DNA of 64,000 nucleotides, from positions 1 to 64,000 of the forward strand of contig ML996697.1 in NCBI GenBank assembly GCA_010356995.1, read 5' to 3'. Origin of the DNA: Trichodelitschia bisporula (Eukaryota). Made by a program: the position numbers and the translations under genes. The notes under the pieces are model-generated. The model was not told where the DNA came from, did not search any database, and worked only from the letters and a program-made list of their open reading frames with translations. This document shows positions 37,669 to 49,955 of this stretch, in pieces. Each line of letters opens with the position of its first letter. The stretch's first letter is position 1.

Positions 37669-38175
37669 TTTGAGTTGTGGTGGTTGAGTTGCGGACGGAG
37701 GTGTGGCTGCTGAGCTAATCGGGATATTTTTTCAGGCAGCAGGGCATCGTAAGGCATAAAGCGCACGTGCCATCAGCCGTGCCAGCCTTGTCTTCCCCGC
37801 CGGCATCGATATTGCGTGCAATTTAGAGTTGGACTTGTCAGATTTACTTCAACTGAAGAGTACTGCTTTCACATCCTCATTTTGACGTCAGAACCATGGA
37901 GTGGGGAAGGTGCCAATGATCTACAAGTCAGAACAGTCGGAATTCGGATCCCAAAGGATCAACGCAAAAACCACTTTTCTCCTCTTTCACGGACTCCCTC
38001 GTCTGCGCTGTGGCAAAACGCGGGGAATAAATGACTCCGCTTCGAATTTAGATGAACTGGCCCCTCCGCGAACGAGGAATACTATGCGTGATGACCGCCT
38101 CCAACTCTTGACCCGAATTGGCTCCGCCAACACAATCTCCGCATCACCACCCTCGTTCAACCTCCCCAAACCACA

Positions 38176-39074
38176 ATGGTCCACCCCCAAGGAACCAAAG
38201 AAGGCCCATACACACGACTAGACGACCTCCCCACACCCGATGAGTTCGAAGAAGTCAACCTGCCGCCCCGACGGCCTTCAACCCGCTACCGCACGCTCTT
38301 CTTCGTCTCCATCGGCGTGTGGATCCTCTCGCTCCTGCTCATAATGGTAAACTACCGCCATCCGCGGCGCGCGCTGCCGTCGCAGGATATGTACCCAAAA
38401 AGTGCGTTACTGTTTAACGTTACCGGTTGCGCTCCATCTAACAAGGCAGTCCCAATGCGCGTCGTGACGTTCGACCCAGACCCAGCGTTTGACGGCGATC
38501 CACTGGCGTCGGAGCACAACGCGTGGACAGACCTAATTCCACGTACGTTACTGTCTGCTCATCAGCATTTACTGACTCCCGTAGCCGGCCGCGGGCACAT
38601 CGTCGTCCAGAACCCCGCGTCGTGGAATCTGTCCGGCGGATACCCACTCGACGACGAGTGGGGCCCACAAGCCGAAGAATACGCCATCTCGGTATTCCAC
38701 CAGCTGCACTGCCTGGTACATCCCCTCCCCCACCAACAACGCCATTTCTAACCCCACAGGCATCACTTAAATCCGCGCTCCTCGCGCTGCGCAACCCCCC
38801 CAACCCACTGAAGAAGGTAGGGGGCATGCCCGACGCACCGGAGCCTTCGGAACCGTTCCACCTCGACCACTGCTTCGATTATCTGCGGCAGGCGGTGATG
38901 TGCTCCGGGGACACGGCGCTGGAGAAGGCGATGGTTGTGGATGGGGAGCGGAGGAGGGAGGTGCTCGGGTGGGGGGTGGAGCATGAGTGTCGGGACTATG
39001 AGGCGATTTTTAAGTTTGCGAGGGAGAGAAGGAGTCGGGATTCGTTTGGGATTAAGGGGCCGGGGCATCAATGA
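38176..39074 (+). CDS. DUF3328/UstYa-like oxidase
   Basis: N-terminal TM anchor, W..LIP.GRG, and twin HxxHC motifs (VFHQLHCL and HLDHCFDYLRQAVMCSGD), then GWG.EH.CRDYE; three short introns. Confidence 0.92.
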
Positions 39075-39688
39075 GGGGGCCTTTGGGTTGTTTGTGGTTG
39101 AATATTTGAAGGGTATTGGCGTATGATAGGAAACTGCTCGTTGTGTCGCCAGCTCAGCCTTGTCAATTCCGCGGAGAACCGTCGTGGGCATCCGGAGGAA
39201 GTTGCTGATGCCGTGCAGAGAATGGGCGTTTATCAGAAAACTACATTGGCACCGTAATATCCGTGTGCTCGCCTTTGTCGAAGGACACTGCCTAGTTGGT
39301 CGAAGAACCGAGTCCGGAGATAGTAGGAAAATATCGAATGATGGTCGTACCTTAAGATTAAGACGTGATGGAGACATGTGGAATCGAGAGATCATTGACT
39401 TGGAGTCTGAGTTCTGAGTCTGTACGGATGGGATACAAGCTTCCTACCGCTCAAATGGGTGAATCTGTTCTGGCGTCTGCATCTTACTTCTCCCAAAGCA
39501 ATGAAGTAATGAGTATCATCTTCCCGTCTACCGGGATTACATTTACTGCGCAGCTCCGCGGACCCGCAGTTGAAGTGCCAAAAAAAGCAATTCAAGGCCA
39601 AGGAAGTGGAGATCGCGGCCCGGAACGTCAACCCGACCGGACCACGCCGAGCAAGGATGTCACGGAGCACCCCACAACCCCAACCACC

Positions 39689-40344
39689 ATGGACGGCGAC
39701 ATCCCCACAGTCAACATCCTGCTCCTCGGCGACGAGGAAGTAGGCAAGTCGACCTTCCTCTCGTACGTGCGCCCTCCTCTCCCCATCCCACAACTAACCC
39801 CGCCTCCAGCCGCCTCACCCTCGGCGCCCACACCCAGCCCCAACCCGACGATGTCCCGCCCCCCTACGCCCTCCCGCGCCTGCGCGACGAAGACCAGCCC
39901 TTCCTCTTCGACATCAGCATGTACAACCGGCCGTACCGCTTCCAAGTGTACGACACGGCGTGTCCGACGAGCTACACTTTGCTGCGGCCGGATTTCCTGA
40001 TCCTGTGCTTCGATATCTCGCGGCGGGAGACGATGAATTCATTGCCGAGTCGGTGGCGGCGCGTGGTTGAGGGGCATTTTAATCATGATGAGAGTATTCC
40101 GGTCATGGTGTTGGGGTTGAAGCGCGATTTGCGGCGCGAGTGGATGGACGATCAGCGGGAGAGCGTCATGCCGCAGGAGGGACTGCGCATTGCGCAGGAG
40201 ATGCGCTGCGATCGGTATGCTGAGTGCAGCGCTTTGACTGGCGAGTTGTGTCGGCAGGTGCTTGAGGATGTGGCGCGGACGGCGGCCAAGACGACGACGG
40301 ATAAGGGTGGGCGGAGTCAGGATGAGAGCTGCGCGGTAATGTAG
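39689..40344 (+). CDS. Atypical Rho-family small GTPase with CAAX box
   Basis: G1 GDEEVGKS, G3-like YDTACP, G4 GLKRDLR, G5 YAECSALTG, C-terminal CAVM; intron 39763-39809. Confidence 0.85.
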
Positions 40345-40825
40345 TGGGATGGGATGTAAGTGCTTTTGGCGTGTTTGTTTGGCGTATGCTGAGGCTGCGA
40401 GGCTGCTGTCCTTATCGATATCGATCTCATTGACGGCTAGCCAGCCCTATGGCAGAATCTCATTGACGGTGTTCATTGAGAGCCTCATTGTCAGTTTTTC
40501 GACTACAACTCATTGACCATGGCGGCAACGGACGTTTTTCTATTCAGAGGTCAGCTCATTGACGGCTTCATTGAGCCTCGGACTTTATCAACCCCTCGAG
40601 GTTTCTTTTCTTGCAACTCTGTACAATTTCTTGACGCCCTCACTGCCAACTTGATATCATCACCGTCGGCTTCAGCATTCTTGCCACACTCTTTACCAAC
40701 TGCACATCCTCACTGTGACTTGGTATCTCGACTGCCGGCTGGTATCAACACTGTCAACTCAGTATCCAAACTGCCACCTGGGTATCTCTACCACCCTCAT
40801 CTCCTCCTCCCCTCTCTTTCGAACC

Positions 40826-41764
40826 ATGTCAACCGCAATCCATCTCGACACCATGGCATTCACCAAGCCCGCCTCGGCCCACCATCAACTCCCCTTCCCA
40901 TCCCCCTCATCTCCGGACGAAACCTACCACCCCCACCAAGAAACCTACAACCCCGCCTTCACCCCCGGCTACACCCCTTACACCATCTACCTTTCCGCAG
41001 CCCCCATCCGCCGCGACACCCGGCGCCTGCACATCACTTACGCGCACTTGATCACACTCTACGCCCTGCTTGCCATCCTCATCGGCACCATCGCCGGCCT
41101 CGCCGTCGTCGCCGCAAAACGCCCCGCCAAGGCGATCGTGTCTCAGGCCATCGCCGCACCCCCAGCGGTGCCTGCAGGATCCACACCGCCGAGCATCAAT
41201 TTCGCACCTAATATCAGTATCGACACGGGGAACGCAAACCTGGCTCAGGAGCAGGAGCAGCGGTCTTCCGCGCCGAGCACGACGTTTAGCACCGTGTACT
41301 TGGCCTCTGGGAGCGGTGGGTTTGCCGAGGCTCCGAGTGTGCAGTGGAGGAATGGGACGGTTTACCGGACTGTGATGGCGACGACTACGGGGCAGGGGAG
41401 TGCGATGCCTGTTACGGTGATGGCGACGACGACGGATGTTTCGACGGCGGAGAGGACGGCGACTGAGATTGAGGTTTCGACGAGTTTGATGACTATTGGT
41501 GGATCGACGGTTACGAGCGTTTCGATTGCGAGGACTACGGCTACGACGACTGCTATTTCGAATCAGACAACGACAACAACCGCAGTTGAAAGCACCACAT
41601 CAATAGCTACCTCCATCGCCACCTCAGCCCAAACCGCCACAACCACGCAAATAGCAACAACCCTCTCCGCACAAACAACAACCGTGCCCCCCCCCTTCAA
41701 ACCCGTCCCGCCCCTGACCCTCTCATTCACCGGCCTGCCCTTCAACCAAGGCGGATCATCCTAG
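40826..41764 (+). CDS. Single-pass membrane protein with Thr/Ser-rich (mucin-like) C-terminus
   Basis: Hydrophobic stretch LITLYALLAILIGTIAGLAVVAA followed by a long Thr-rich region. Confidence 0.7.
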   Translation: MSTAIHLDTMAFTKPASAHHQLPFPSPSSPDETYHPHQETYNPAFTPGYTPYTIYLSAAPIRRDTRRLHITYAHLITLYALLAILIGTIAGLAVVAAKRPAKAIVSQAIAAPPAVPAGSTPPSINFAPNISIDTGNANLAQEQEQRSSAPSTTFSTVYLASGSGGFAEAPSVQWRNGTVYRTVMATTTGQGSAMPVTVMATTTDVSTAERTATEIEVSTSLMTIGGSTVTSVSIARTTATTTAISNQTTTTTAVESTTSIATSIATSAQTATTTQIATTLSAQTTTVPPPFKPVPPLTLSFTGLPFNQGGSS

Positions 41765-43493
41765 ATCCGTCAGCCCCTGGGGGGGTGGAGGGAGGGTCCG
41801 TTTCTAACCGCCCAGGCACGCCGCGTGCCTGACCGCGCGTTCATCGCAAGGCTGGAAGAAACCGAAGGCAGATGACTGTAGTGATATTGCGGCGAATGAG
41901 CGGACACGAGACACATGTACCTAATAGAACTTGGTAGAACTATCAACTAAATCTCTCCCGAAATCCCCTGTTCCTGTGCAACAATCGTAATCCCACCGCC
42001 CTCGTGCCTAGCAATCCGGGTAACCAACCCTCCGCGACATGCCCACGGCCTCGCCGATCCGCCCAGTTCCCGTCAAACCTCCAAGGTCCAAGGTCCACGG
42101 ACACATTAATGACCGTGCCGCGATGGAAATAGCATCACGAGCTATATCACGGCATATTATCCCCCAGGCTCGCCCGTGCGCTTAATCTGTTCAGCGCGGC
42201 GCCATTTGCGCTTGATTAAACGCGCGTGCGCGTGCCCGTCCAGCCCGCCATGCGCTTGGCTAGCAAGCGGTAATGAGGGGAAATTTTTGCGCGGGAGGAT
42301 TGGGAGGTGTGATAGGAGGGGAGTTTCGCCGCGCAGCTAAGGATTCGATGGGATTCTGAGCTGGTTTCTGGGGGCTTCGTCATCGCCGAGGCGGACGGGT
42401 AAGATGGGATCACAATCCATTGATGCCGTTATTTGTGTAATGTGTTTCAATTGATGTGCTAGAGACTTGGTCGCGGTGTGTCTATTTCGATGCCGGCACA
42501 CAGTCGCGCTCAGTACGCACAGCAAGCGTTCCAGCCTCGTCGCCCGTCGGCCTCAACCCACAGCATCTCCGGCTCACAACCTCTCCCCGGCCGGCAACTT
42601 CATCGGCCGGGTCCGCTGGAGAATTATCTCTGTCACGCGTGAAGCCGGTAAAAAAGCCGCCTCTCGGTGGCGGGAAAGCATATATGCGGTTTATTAAGAA
42701 CGGTGGAACGGGATAGATTGAGCGTGGGACGGGATTAATTAGTCCCACTGGCTGATTGGCGGAGCGGGCGAGGCTGAGAGGCCGGGGGGTTTAGGATTTT
42801 CCAGTACGATCAAGATACTTGGCTACGCCGTGAGATTTTCCCAAGGCATTGGGTATGCGGTTCTTGGGGCGTGAATGCATAATGGATTTTTTTGCGGCGC
42901 ATGAAGGAGTGGAGAGGATGGGTATACGTGTGGTGGGCAGATCGAACAGGGCTACTTAGATGAGACGCGCGGGTGCGGGCCTGGCCTCGACGGCGTGAGG
43001 GGTTGATTGCGGGTGGTGGCGCGGGATTGATCCGTCCAACGGTATTTACTTGGGAGTGAGTGGTGAGTGGGTGTGCGTGTGGTGTGGTGGCTTTTGCCCT
43101 GGGGTCAATATCGAGGTTCTATTTCTCCGCAATCCGTGGTGGTGGGTTGCTAAGAATAGAGGAGGTGGAGGGGGGAAGGGTGAGGTCTGTTCGTTTCTTA
43201 AGCGGGAGGAGGGCGCTGTGGGTTATTAAGACCGCAGGACGGACGACATCATCACCAGAACCATCGCCATTGAGACATCGAGCCTTCGTTCATCAACATC
43301 ATCACCCATCAACGAACCACTGCGTCTACTGCTTGTCCACAGCACAAAGGCACCGCATCATCCTCCTCGCCCCTCTCCATCAATCTCCATCCATCTCCAA
43401 CACTCTGCATATCAACCGCGCCGCAATCTCCACGGCCCATCTCCCTCCGCATCACCAAACCATTCGCCACCTCACCAACACCACAAAACCACA

Positions 43494-43948
43494 ATGAAGT
43501 TCATCATGAAGCTCATCCTCCTCCTCACGAGCATCATGCTCGCCGCGGCCGCCGTAAGCATCCCACCCACCACCCTCCTTCCCATCATCCTCACCCATCT
43601 CACCATCCTCCCCCATCTCTCCATCTCACCATCTCACCATCTCACCATCTCACCATCTCATCACTCTCACCACCGCCCTCCTTCCCATCATCTTCACCAC
43701 CGCTAACCACAAAGCCACAGGCCCTCCCCCCAACTCCCGTCTCCGCCTCCGCCCTCTCCAGCGACCAATCCATGCCCGCCATGCAAGGCGGCTGCCACAT
43801 CGAATGCGGCTGCTCGGGCGGACTGAGCAAGAACGGGTGCCGCTGCCCGCGCCCCGACCCCAAGCAATGCCCCAAGTTCCGCTACGTGTACATCGACGGC
43901 AGCGTCAGCCCGTGGACGGACGCCGATGTCAAGGTTGCGGCTATGTGA
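43494..43948 (+). CDS. Small secreted cysteine-rich protein, 95 aa
   Basis: Signal peptide MKFIMKLILLLTSIMLAAAA; intron 43554-43720 (gtaagc..ctaac..cag, containing catctcac repeats); exon 2 contains GCHIECGCSGGLSKNGCRCPRPDPKQC. Confidence 0.8.
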
Positions 43949-44151
43949 GGCGAGCGAAGTGGGCCGAACGCAGGAAGGGAGCAGATTGTCAGCCCAGGGG
44001 ATGGGGGCCGATGTGTATATAACCGTACGTGTGGGTGTGGGGGGGGGAAGGGGTAACTGTGTGAGTAAAGGCGTTGGGAGCGACATCAGGCGTCAGTCAC
44101 GCACGACATTGGTCGGGGCAGCGAATATCCAAAATGCAATATTGTTACATA

Positions 44152-44894
44152 CTACCGGTGCAGCCACCCTTTGCCATTAGGCACGTACGCGTGGCTCTCC
44201 ATCTGCTTCACATCTTCCTTGCTCGCCATCCAGAAGTCCACGAAATCCGGGCGGCGCTGGAAGGCCTCGTACGCGGCCCGGGTTTTGAACCGCGCGTAGA
44301 TGCGCGCGCTCACATCGTCGTCGAGGCTTGCGAAGGACATGAGCGTGAGGACATCAGGGCTGCCGGCTTCGGCGGCGGCGAGGACGGTGTTGAAGCGGGA
44401 GAGGATGGCGGAGCGGGCTGAGGGGGAGGCGGACAGGATGCGGATGTCTTGCATGAGTTCGCACTCTGTCTTGTCGCCGGGCTTGTCGATGAAGCCGCCG
44501 CTGAGGGAGTAGTGCATCAGGTCCAGGCCCGTGGACATGGTGGATGGGATCTTTTTCAGGAAGCCTTGCATGGCGGCGGAGTTGAAGTGCGTTTCGTACA
44601 GATCCTGTCTTGGTTAGGGGGTTGTGAATGGGGGCAGGGGACGTACCTCGCGCTTGCCGTAGACTTCGAAGGCGAACATGGAGATTGTGGCGTCCATGTC
44701 ATCTTTGTACTCGAAGGGGATGCCGAAGTAGTACGTCTCCGTTGTGTGCTCCTCGTTGAAAACGTGGACGGCGAGTTCGTCGTAGGCGGCTTGCCACTGG
44801 GGATTGTGAGCTTGATTCCTACTGGAGAGGGATGACTTACGTCCGCATAGCGGCCGGCGACGAAGTTGCACTGCGCAAAGAGGTAGAAGCCCAT
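44152..44894 (-). CDS. ABM-like (dimeric alpha+beta barrel) two-domain protein
   Basis: Motifs YDELA..V...E.TT..YYFG.P, FEVY and HF.S.AM..FL; second repeat with YARF..R.AYE; ends NGKGWLHR; two introns. Confidence 0.7.
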
Positions 44895-45314
44895 GATGAA
44901 GTCGTTCAGCTTTGGGCCGTCCTCCAGAAGACAGCCTCGCCCTCAGCCCTTATATCGCCCCGTTCGGGATCCCTTCTCCACGCCAGGGCGCGGCGCTCCA
45001 TCACTGCCCTTCCAATACCATTCCACATTCCCACCAAATTCCGCTCCACTCGACCCTATGACCGATCCTATGATCCGCTAAGTGATGCTCTGTCATCGCG
45101 TGCGGAAAACCATCCCCGCCTTTTCCGGCCCGCCAAGCCACCCCTCCACCCCTCCACCATCGCGATGATCTCACGCCTCACAACAAACACCCCGCCGGCT
45201 CACCAACTCCGCCGCCACAACCTTTCGATCCACGCGCCGTAGGAAACGCTATAAAACATCCACCACAAGCGCAATGCAGCTACATCTCCCCCACAGACCG
45301 TACCGGCATCCGAA

Positions 45315-46280
45315 ATGGCTCCCGCAGAACAGAAAGTTGCCATCGTAACCGGCGCGTCGGTAGGCCCCACCACCCCACTACCCCGCTTACGCGCGCTAAC
45401 ACCCACAGTCCGGCATGGGCGAAGCCCTCGCGCGCAACCTCGTCCAGGCGGACTGGCTCGTCGCGCTCGCCGATCTTCAGCGGAACGAAGCCCTCGAAGC
45501 CGAGTTAGGCGCATCCGCTGCCTTCTTCCAAACCAACGTCGCGTCCTACGAGTCGCAAGCAAAGACATTCAGCGCAGTGTGGGCAAAATGGGGGCGTATC
45601 GACGCACTCTGCGCAAACGCCGGCATCGTGGACCGGAGCAGCATTTACGTCTTCGGGCACAAAGGAAAGGATGAAGTCCCCCCCGCCCCGGATCTGAGCT
45701 GCACGGACGTAGACTGGAAAGGCGTGGTGTACGGCACACAGCTCGCGGTGCACTTCATGCGGAAGAACAAGACCCCTGGGGGGAAGATCGTGTGCACAGC
45801 AAGCGTGTCCGCGATATACCCGCACGAGACATACCCCGAGTACGCTGGGGCTAAAGCCGCGGTTTTGAACTTCGTGCGCGGGAGTGGGAGGGTGCTCAGG
45901 ATCAAGGAGAATATCCGTATTAATGTCGTGCTGCCGGGGATTGTGCATACCAAGATCATTCCGCCGGAGATGGTTGCTGCGGTGCAGCCGGAGTTGTATG
46001 TCGTCCCCTTCCCCGGTTTTGAGAGGAGTGTTGGGCCAGGCTAATGTCGTTGGGCAGTTTGACGCCAGTGGAGAGCATCGTGCGCGCATATCGCACATTC
46101 CTGGACGACGACACGGGCTTGTCCGGCGAGGCAATCGAATGCTCAGTCAACGAACACATCTTCGTCCCGCGGCCGGAGTACCTGAATGGCGCGGCGAGCA
46201 AGCGCGCGTGCACGGTGTGGGACCCGCTGTTCAAGATGTACCACGGCGAAGGATCGGAGCTGCCGGATGCGATCCCATAG
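45315..46280 (+). CDS. Short-chain dehydrogenase/reductase (15-hydroxyprostaglandin dehydrogenase-like)
   Basis: VAIVTGAS.GMG, ANAGI, YAGAK (YxxxK) and INVVLPG; two introns. Confidence 0.9.
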
Positions 46281-46596
46281 TAAGTGCAAAGGCTACGGTG
46301 TAAAGTGAAGATTGAGGAAAGACGAGGAAAGGAAGAGAATCGAGAGGCTCTCCAGAATATATATACGATGTCCTACGGTGCTCCTTCCTTTTACCATTCG
46401 CACGCCATCGATGCCTGCCTACTGCCCCGATCCCTCATGCACCCATATCACAAAGTCACCCTCGCAGCCGCAAATTATTCAAAAATCCAACGCTGCATTC
46501 ATTAGGTATTATGTACATCGTATCCTCGATCGCGTGCGGGTCGCCCCACCCGCCGCGCTCGCCGCCCCAAACCCCACCCTCCCAAACACCCCCCAT

Positions 46597-47509
46597 CTAC
46601 CCCCGCCCATTCCACGCAGGCTGCCCAGAAGCATCCCCCGCCAGCGCATTAAACGCCCGCGTCCGCGGTGTGATAGGACTCTTCATCCCCCCCGCCGTCC
46701 CTGGCGTCGGTGGCACCCTCAACATCTCCCACTGCTGCGGACTCGTAAGCTCGCCGTACCCCGCCTGCGCCGCCTTGCCATGCACGCTTTCCTCGTCGTC
46801 GTCCAGCCGGCGGGCTGGGGCGAAGAGCATGGAATGGATGGCGAAGAGGATGTTGGTGGCGAAGAGAGCGCTGGGGGGGTGGGTTAGTTGGGTAAGGGAT
46901 ATGGGGGAGGGGGGACGTACACCATGAACACGGTCACGTAAAATGCGGCCTTGGCTTGCTTGCAGTACCCGACGTTGTCCGGCGACGCGAGGCTGCAGCT
47001 GCGCGTGATGTACCACGGCGGACCGGTGTTCTGGTGCGCGGGGTCGATGGTATCCGGCGCGGTCTGGGCGCGCAGACTGAATGCGTACACCGCGCACAGC
47101 ACGCCGTTCACCAGCACGCTCAGCGCGGGGTAAAACACGCGCAGCGGGACCGTGACGCATTTTACCAGCCATAGAAACACGCTTAGGACCGAGATTGTGA
47201 GGTTGAACTTGGTGACACTGCCGGGTTGGTTAGTAAGGTAGGGTAGGGAAGGGGGTTACGCAAGACGCACAAGCTGCTCCACACCAGCGGGATCTTGACG
47301 GGCTGGTAGTTCGCCGCCGCGTACAAAGGCGTGCTGGGATCGCTGTTCCAGCCGTGCAGTGCGCCGTCGCGCCAGAGCTTGGTGCGGTAGGTATCTGGGT
47401 CTGCGATGCCGAAGAGCGCGAGCGCGGCGACGGTGAGGGGGAGTTCGAGGACTGTAAGCACGATGATGGCTTTCGGAAACCTCCACCTCAACAATCCGAA
47501 GCGGAACAT
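46597..47509 (-). CDS. Hypothetical multi-pass fungal membrane protein
   Basis: LELPLTVAALALFGIA.PD.YRT.LW.DG...G.NS.P, PWYITRSC and YC.QAKAAF; Pro-rich PxTP tail; two introns. Confidence 0.75.
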
Positions 47510-48280
47510 CGCGAGTGCAGTGAGATGCGAAAATGGCGCAAGGTGCCGGGTAATCGATCGATTGCGCAGATAAGCCTTGATAGCGGGCGCCCGAGCGTCG
47601 TCCCGCTTCTCGTCCTCTTCTTTCCTATTCCGATCTCTTTCTCTTGTCGACGTAGATGCCTTCACTATCCGCTCCGTCCGTCTCGTGGTCGTGCAAGATA
47701 CTCCGTACACAGGGCTCGTCTGTTCTCGTCTCGCACCCCCCGCAGAGGCGGTCTCCCACTCTTTAACCCGCTGCCGCCCCCCCTGCACGCTCCCGCGGTC
47801 CGTGCGCGTGTGCTCGCGGGCCGCCCGCGGTAAGTGGCCGGCTTGGGCGGGGCTAGCGGGGATGATGGGGCCGTGGCTTGCGGCGTGGGCGAATAGCGTG
47901 CGGGGTGCGGTGTGGGCGGGGTGATGGGCTTTGCGGGGATTGGTGGGGGAGTTTGGGAGGTGTGATTGGGGGAGGGTGTTGGGAGGGAAGGCCGGGCTGC
48001 TGGGGAGAGGGGAGTTGGCCGGCTGGCCGGGGAGACGAGGGCGGGCGAGTCGTGAGCAGTGAGGATATGCGATGCATATGGGCCGTCACATTCGAGCGCG
48101 CGTCCACTTGCCATGCATGAGCGGGGGAGGAGGGGAAGCTGGGACAAGGTCACGTTGCTAGCGTCCATCATGGCGTTAAGCGCCGTGGCTTTTCCACCAC
48201 CCCAGCGCTTAAGCGGCACCTCCCGCCAGCGCTTCCCCTTTCACGCCTAACCCCGATCGCGCGTCCAATAGCATCACCAA

Positions 48281-49179
48281 TCACCACCATTTCTCGCAGT
48301 GCACGGCCCCGGTCCGGTCCCGCAGTTGTTCAACCGCATCGTCTGTCATGTCGGGCGGGCCGCATACGAAGGCCGTGGTGTGCGGGCCGGACGCTCCTAA
48401 CACTTCGGCGAAATCGGATGAGGTGAGACGGCGCGTGTGCACCGCGATGTCCGGGCCGTGATCGAGCGGCGGCGCCGGGGATGTAAGGAAGAGGTGCACC
48501 CTCAAGTCCGGGCGGCGGGCGCGCAGGCCAAGCAGCCGGGAGAGGAAGAGGATTTGCGAGCCCGGCGGCGGGGCTTTGGTCGTGTACATGAAGTCGAGCG
48601 CCTCGAGCGGCGTCTCAGTCTCGACGACGTGCGCGAGCATCGAGATTAGCGGGCTGCGCGGCGCGTCAATACGAGTACCGCACTCCCGGCTGCAAGCAAG
48701 TGGACGTACTTAATGCCGACCCCGCCCGCGACGAACAGCGCGCGTTGTATACCTTCGCGCGGCCAGACGAAGTCCCCGCCGACGCGCACGCGCAGCTGCG
48801 AGCCCAGGATCTGCTCCTCTCGCCGCCAGAGCCATGCCGCGGGCGGGTTATCGCTTGCCTGGACTGCGAGCTCGATATGCCCACCCGCGACGCTGGACGC
48901 GGTGGGTGTGGATGTGATGGTGAAGCCGCCGGGCTTGGGGAGGGAGGGGATGTGCACGTCGAGCCATTGGCCTGGGAGGAAGGTGATTGGATGTTGGGTG
49001 CGGAGGGTGAGGATGCGGATTGTGGGGTTTGGGGTGGTTATTGTGGTGAGGGTTACGGGGTGGAGGGTTGGGGAGCGGGATTGGGCGGCGGTGCGCTCGG
49101 TGTGGGTTGTGCTTGACATTGTGATTACGCGGCGGGTAGGCTTGGAAAGAGGCACGAGAGGCTGGATACGCCGAAGCAT
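48281..49179 (-). CDS. FAD/NAD-binding oxidoreductase, OXNAD1-like (ferredoxin-reductase fold)
   Basis: FLPGQWLDV, GGFTITS.P, VRVGGDF, FVAGGVGI(N)P, VCGPP.M and terminal EKWW; one intron. Confidence 0.9.
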
Positions 49180-49955
49180 GGCGATGGTCAGTCGGTCTGC
49201 ATGTCGGGATAGAGCTTATGTCGGGTTGGGCCGAGCGTGCCGACAGTGACCACGAGAAGCCGGTTTTTTACCGCCGAAGCGAGTCGGGTCCCAGTTTCCT
49301 CAGCAAATTGCAATGATTTTCCTGCCAACGCGCACGTTTGGCAACATAGAACCCTCCGCAAACAGGCGTGGTGTAAATACCTAGGTAGCTTCTAGAGAAA
49401 CTGGAGAAAACAACTCCATAACACTTTGACGGCGTTTAATGCGGTAATGCGTGGGGCGTATAGCGGCCGTTACTATTGGCTAGAGTACCTAGCCTGGCAA
49501 GGGGAGCCTTGCATCAAGTCCTTCGGCGTATCTTCAACGACTAGTCCTGGTTGCAAGCTTTGGAGCAGTGAACTTCGGATGAACATCTATACATATTTGG
49601 AGACCTGGCTGTCGGAAGACCCTCACGATGGAAGCAATGGTTGTGAGCGAGCGTCTTGGTATCGGACAAACCTTTGCCAAGCATGGTTGTCGAATGCTCC
49701 TTCCTCCGGGAGTTTCTCACCAACGTCATCCACATTGACCAACTCCACCTGCACTCATACACAGACTTCGCCTGTTCGCACGATTTCTCTGCAACTCGCA
49801 ACTTTTCCTTTCGACTGCAACCTCCTTTCCTCGATTGCTCGACGCACTGATTTCGCACCCGCCTCTCTAATCACCACCGAACCACTTCTCCACCTGTGAC
49901 ATCGCCCACTTCACTCCGATCAGCTGCCTGTCATGTCTTGCTGCCGCTGAACGAC

